A DNA stretch of 64,000 nucleotides from Lama glama (lineage: Eukaryota). The DNA lies in the NCBI GenBank assembly GCA_028534125.1, contig CM052817.1, positions 71,860,001 through 71,924,000 on the forward strand. Direction: 5' to 3'. Shown piece by piece: positions 62,884-64,000 of this stretch (the first letter of the stretch is position 1; the number at the start of each line of letters is the position of its first letter). The notes below the pieces were generated by a model that saw only the letters and a list, made by a program, of their open reading frames with translations, ran no database searches and was not told the origin of the DNA. The translations under genes were made by a program, and so were the position numbers.

Positions 62884-63899
62884 AACATAGATGACTAGTC
62901 ACTGTGAATTCCAATGTAATGTAATTTAAGATTTTTACAACAAATGACCTTTTAGAGAATTTAGATGAAAAATTTTCAGTAAATAAGCCAAGGTAAGTAA
63001 CTCCACTTTTCAGCTAAAGTGATTGTGAATCTAGGAACGTGAGTGAGTGGCTATTCCCTGTTGCTCTATGGAGTCTATGCCTTGTTCAAGCAAGGTCAGG
63101 ACCACAGCTAGATCATTTGAAAAAACTCTTGATATAGAATTCTAACCAAGTCAGACATAAGTTGTAGATACTCATGAAGAGACTTTTGTCTTCCTGACAT
63201 ACTAAGCTTCAGCATGATACTACAGTGTCTGTAAAACAAAGGAGGAAGCATCTATTTCACAAAACAGGATATGGCCAAGTCACTTGGTTAAGAGAAAGGA
63301 TCATATTTATTTTTCAATTAATTAATTATTTAAAATAACAGTTACAAGTAAAATAAGCCAATCTTCTTGCCTCCCCTCTCAACAAAACAGAACAAAACAA
63401 AACACCTAAACCAACAAATCCATATACTGCAGTACTATTTAAATGCTGATAGGAAAAGTGACAGTGTTTTTTTGCTTAATATTTCTTGATTTCTCGTATT
63501 TGTCAACTAACTCTTAAGTTTTATCTTCTCTGGAGAAAGAGCAGCCTGTGTCTTGTGTTTTTACACATAATCAATTTGAATATGTTTCAAATTAATTGTC
63601 AGTGTGAGATATTGAGAAAGGGAGCTTAAGAATAAGATGATAGTAGTGTAAAAAGAAATTTGAAATAAATATATATAGCTCAGTTTTAAACTATATATAT
63701 TTTACCAGTGGGAAGGGTGGGATCAGAGTGGGGCTGAGAAATTTCAGGGTATAAGGGTTAAGCCTTGTTTTCATTTAAATATCTCATGTAGCCACTGAAG
63801 TGCTTTTTGGGGTTCCCATAGTAACACAGCAAGAAGGTACTCACCCAGCATTAGTGGAGAAAACACATAACCAGTAAAAACGTGTGAATTGTATGTATC

Positions 63900-64000
63900 C
63901 AGTTGGCCCTCCATGTCTGAAAATTTTGAATCCTTAGGTTTAACCAACTGCAGATCAAAACTATTCTAAAAAGAAAAAGAATCCCAGGAAGTTTCCAAAA
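63900..64000. mobile_element. TcMar-Tigger (MER2-like) terminus, truncated by the window edge
   Basis: cagttggccctccat...ttaaccaactgcagatcaaaactatt. Confidence 0.7.

Noticed and set aside
1..64000. CRISPR arrays, operons, rRNA or other prokaryotic/viral systems
   Set aside because: Sequence is mammalian; no regularly spaced repeats, dense coding or rRNA similarity seen.

Overview
Mammalian genomic DNA, most likely a camelid (four tRNA-derived SINEs of the camelid Vic-1 type and camelid-type L1 3' ends). It is AT-rich, repeat-rich, and has one 500-N assembly gap. I found no intact protein-coding gene, and most ORFs in the supplied track are chance or repeat read-throughs. Main result: the minus strand of about 1-13,200 carries at least 11 collinear, heavily decayed exon remnants. 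Most keep at least one splice site, and together they follow the N-terminal half of polycystin-1 (WSC, first PKD domain, C-type lectin, post-lectin region, PKD repeats). This is an intron-containing PKD1 paralogue that runs off the left edge, best explained as a unitary pseudogene of pkd1b. Other results: a recent 138-bp inverted templated insertion (137/138 identical) that copies a well-formed 44-nt micro-exon, and a decayed intronless TRIM (RING/B-box/coiled-coil) retrocopy splitting an L2. All protein comparisons were made by eye against remembered reference sequences, and repeat subfamily names and boundaries are approximate.
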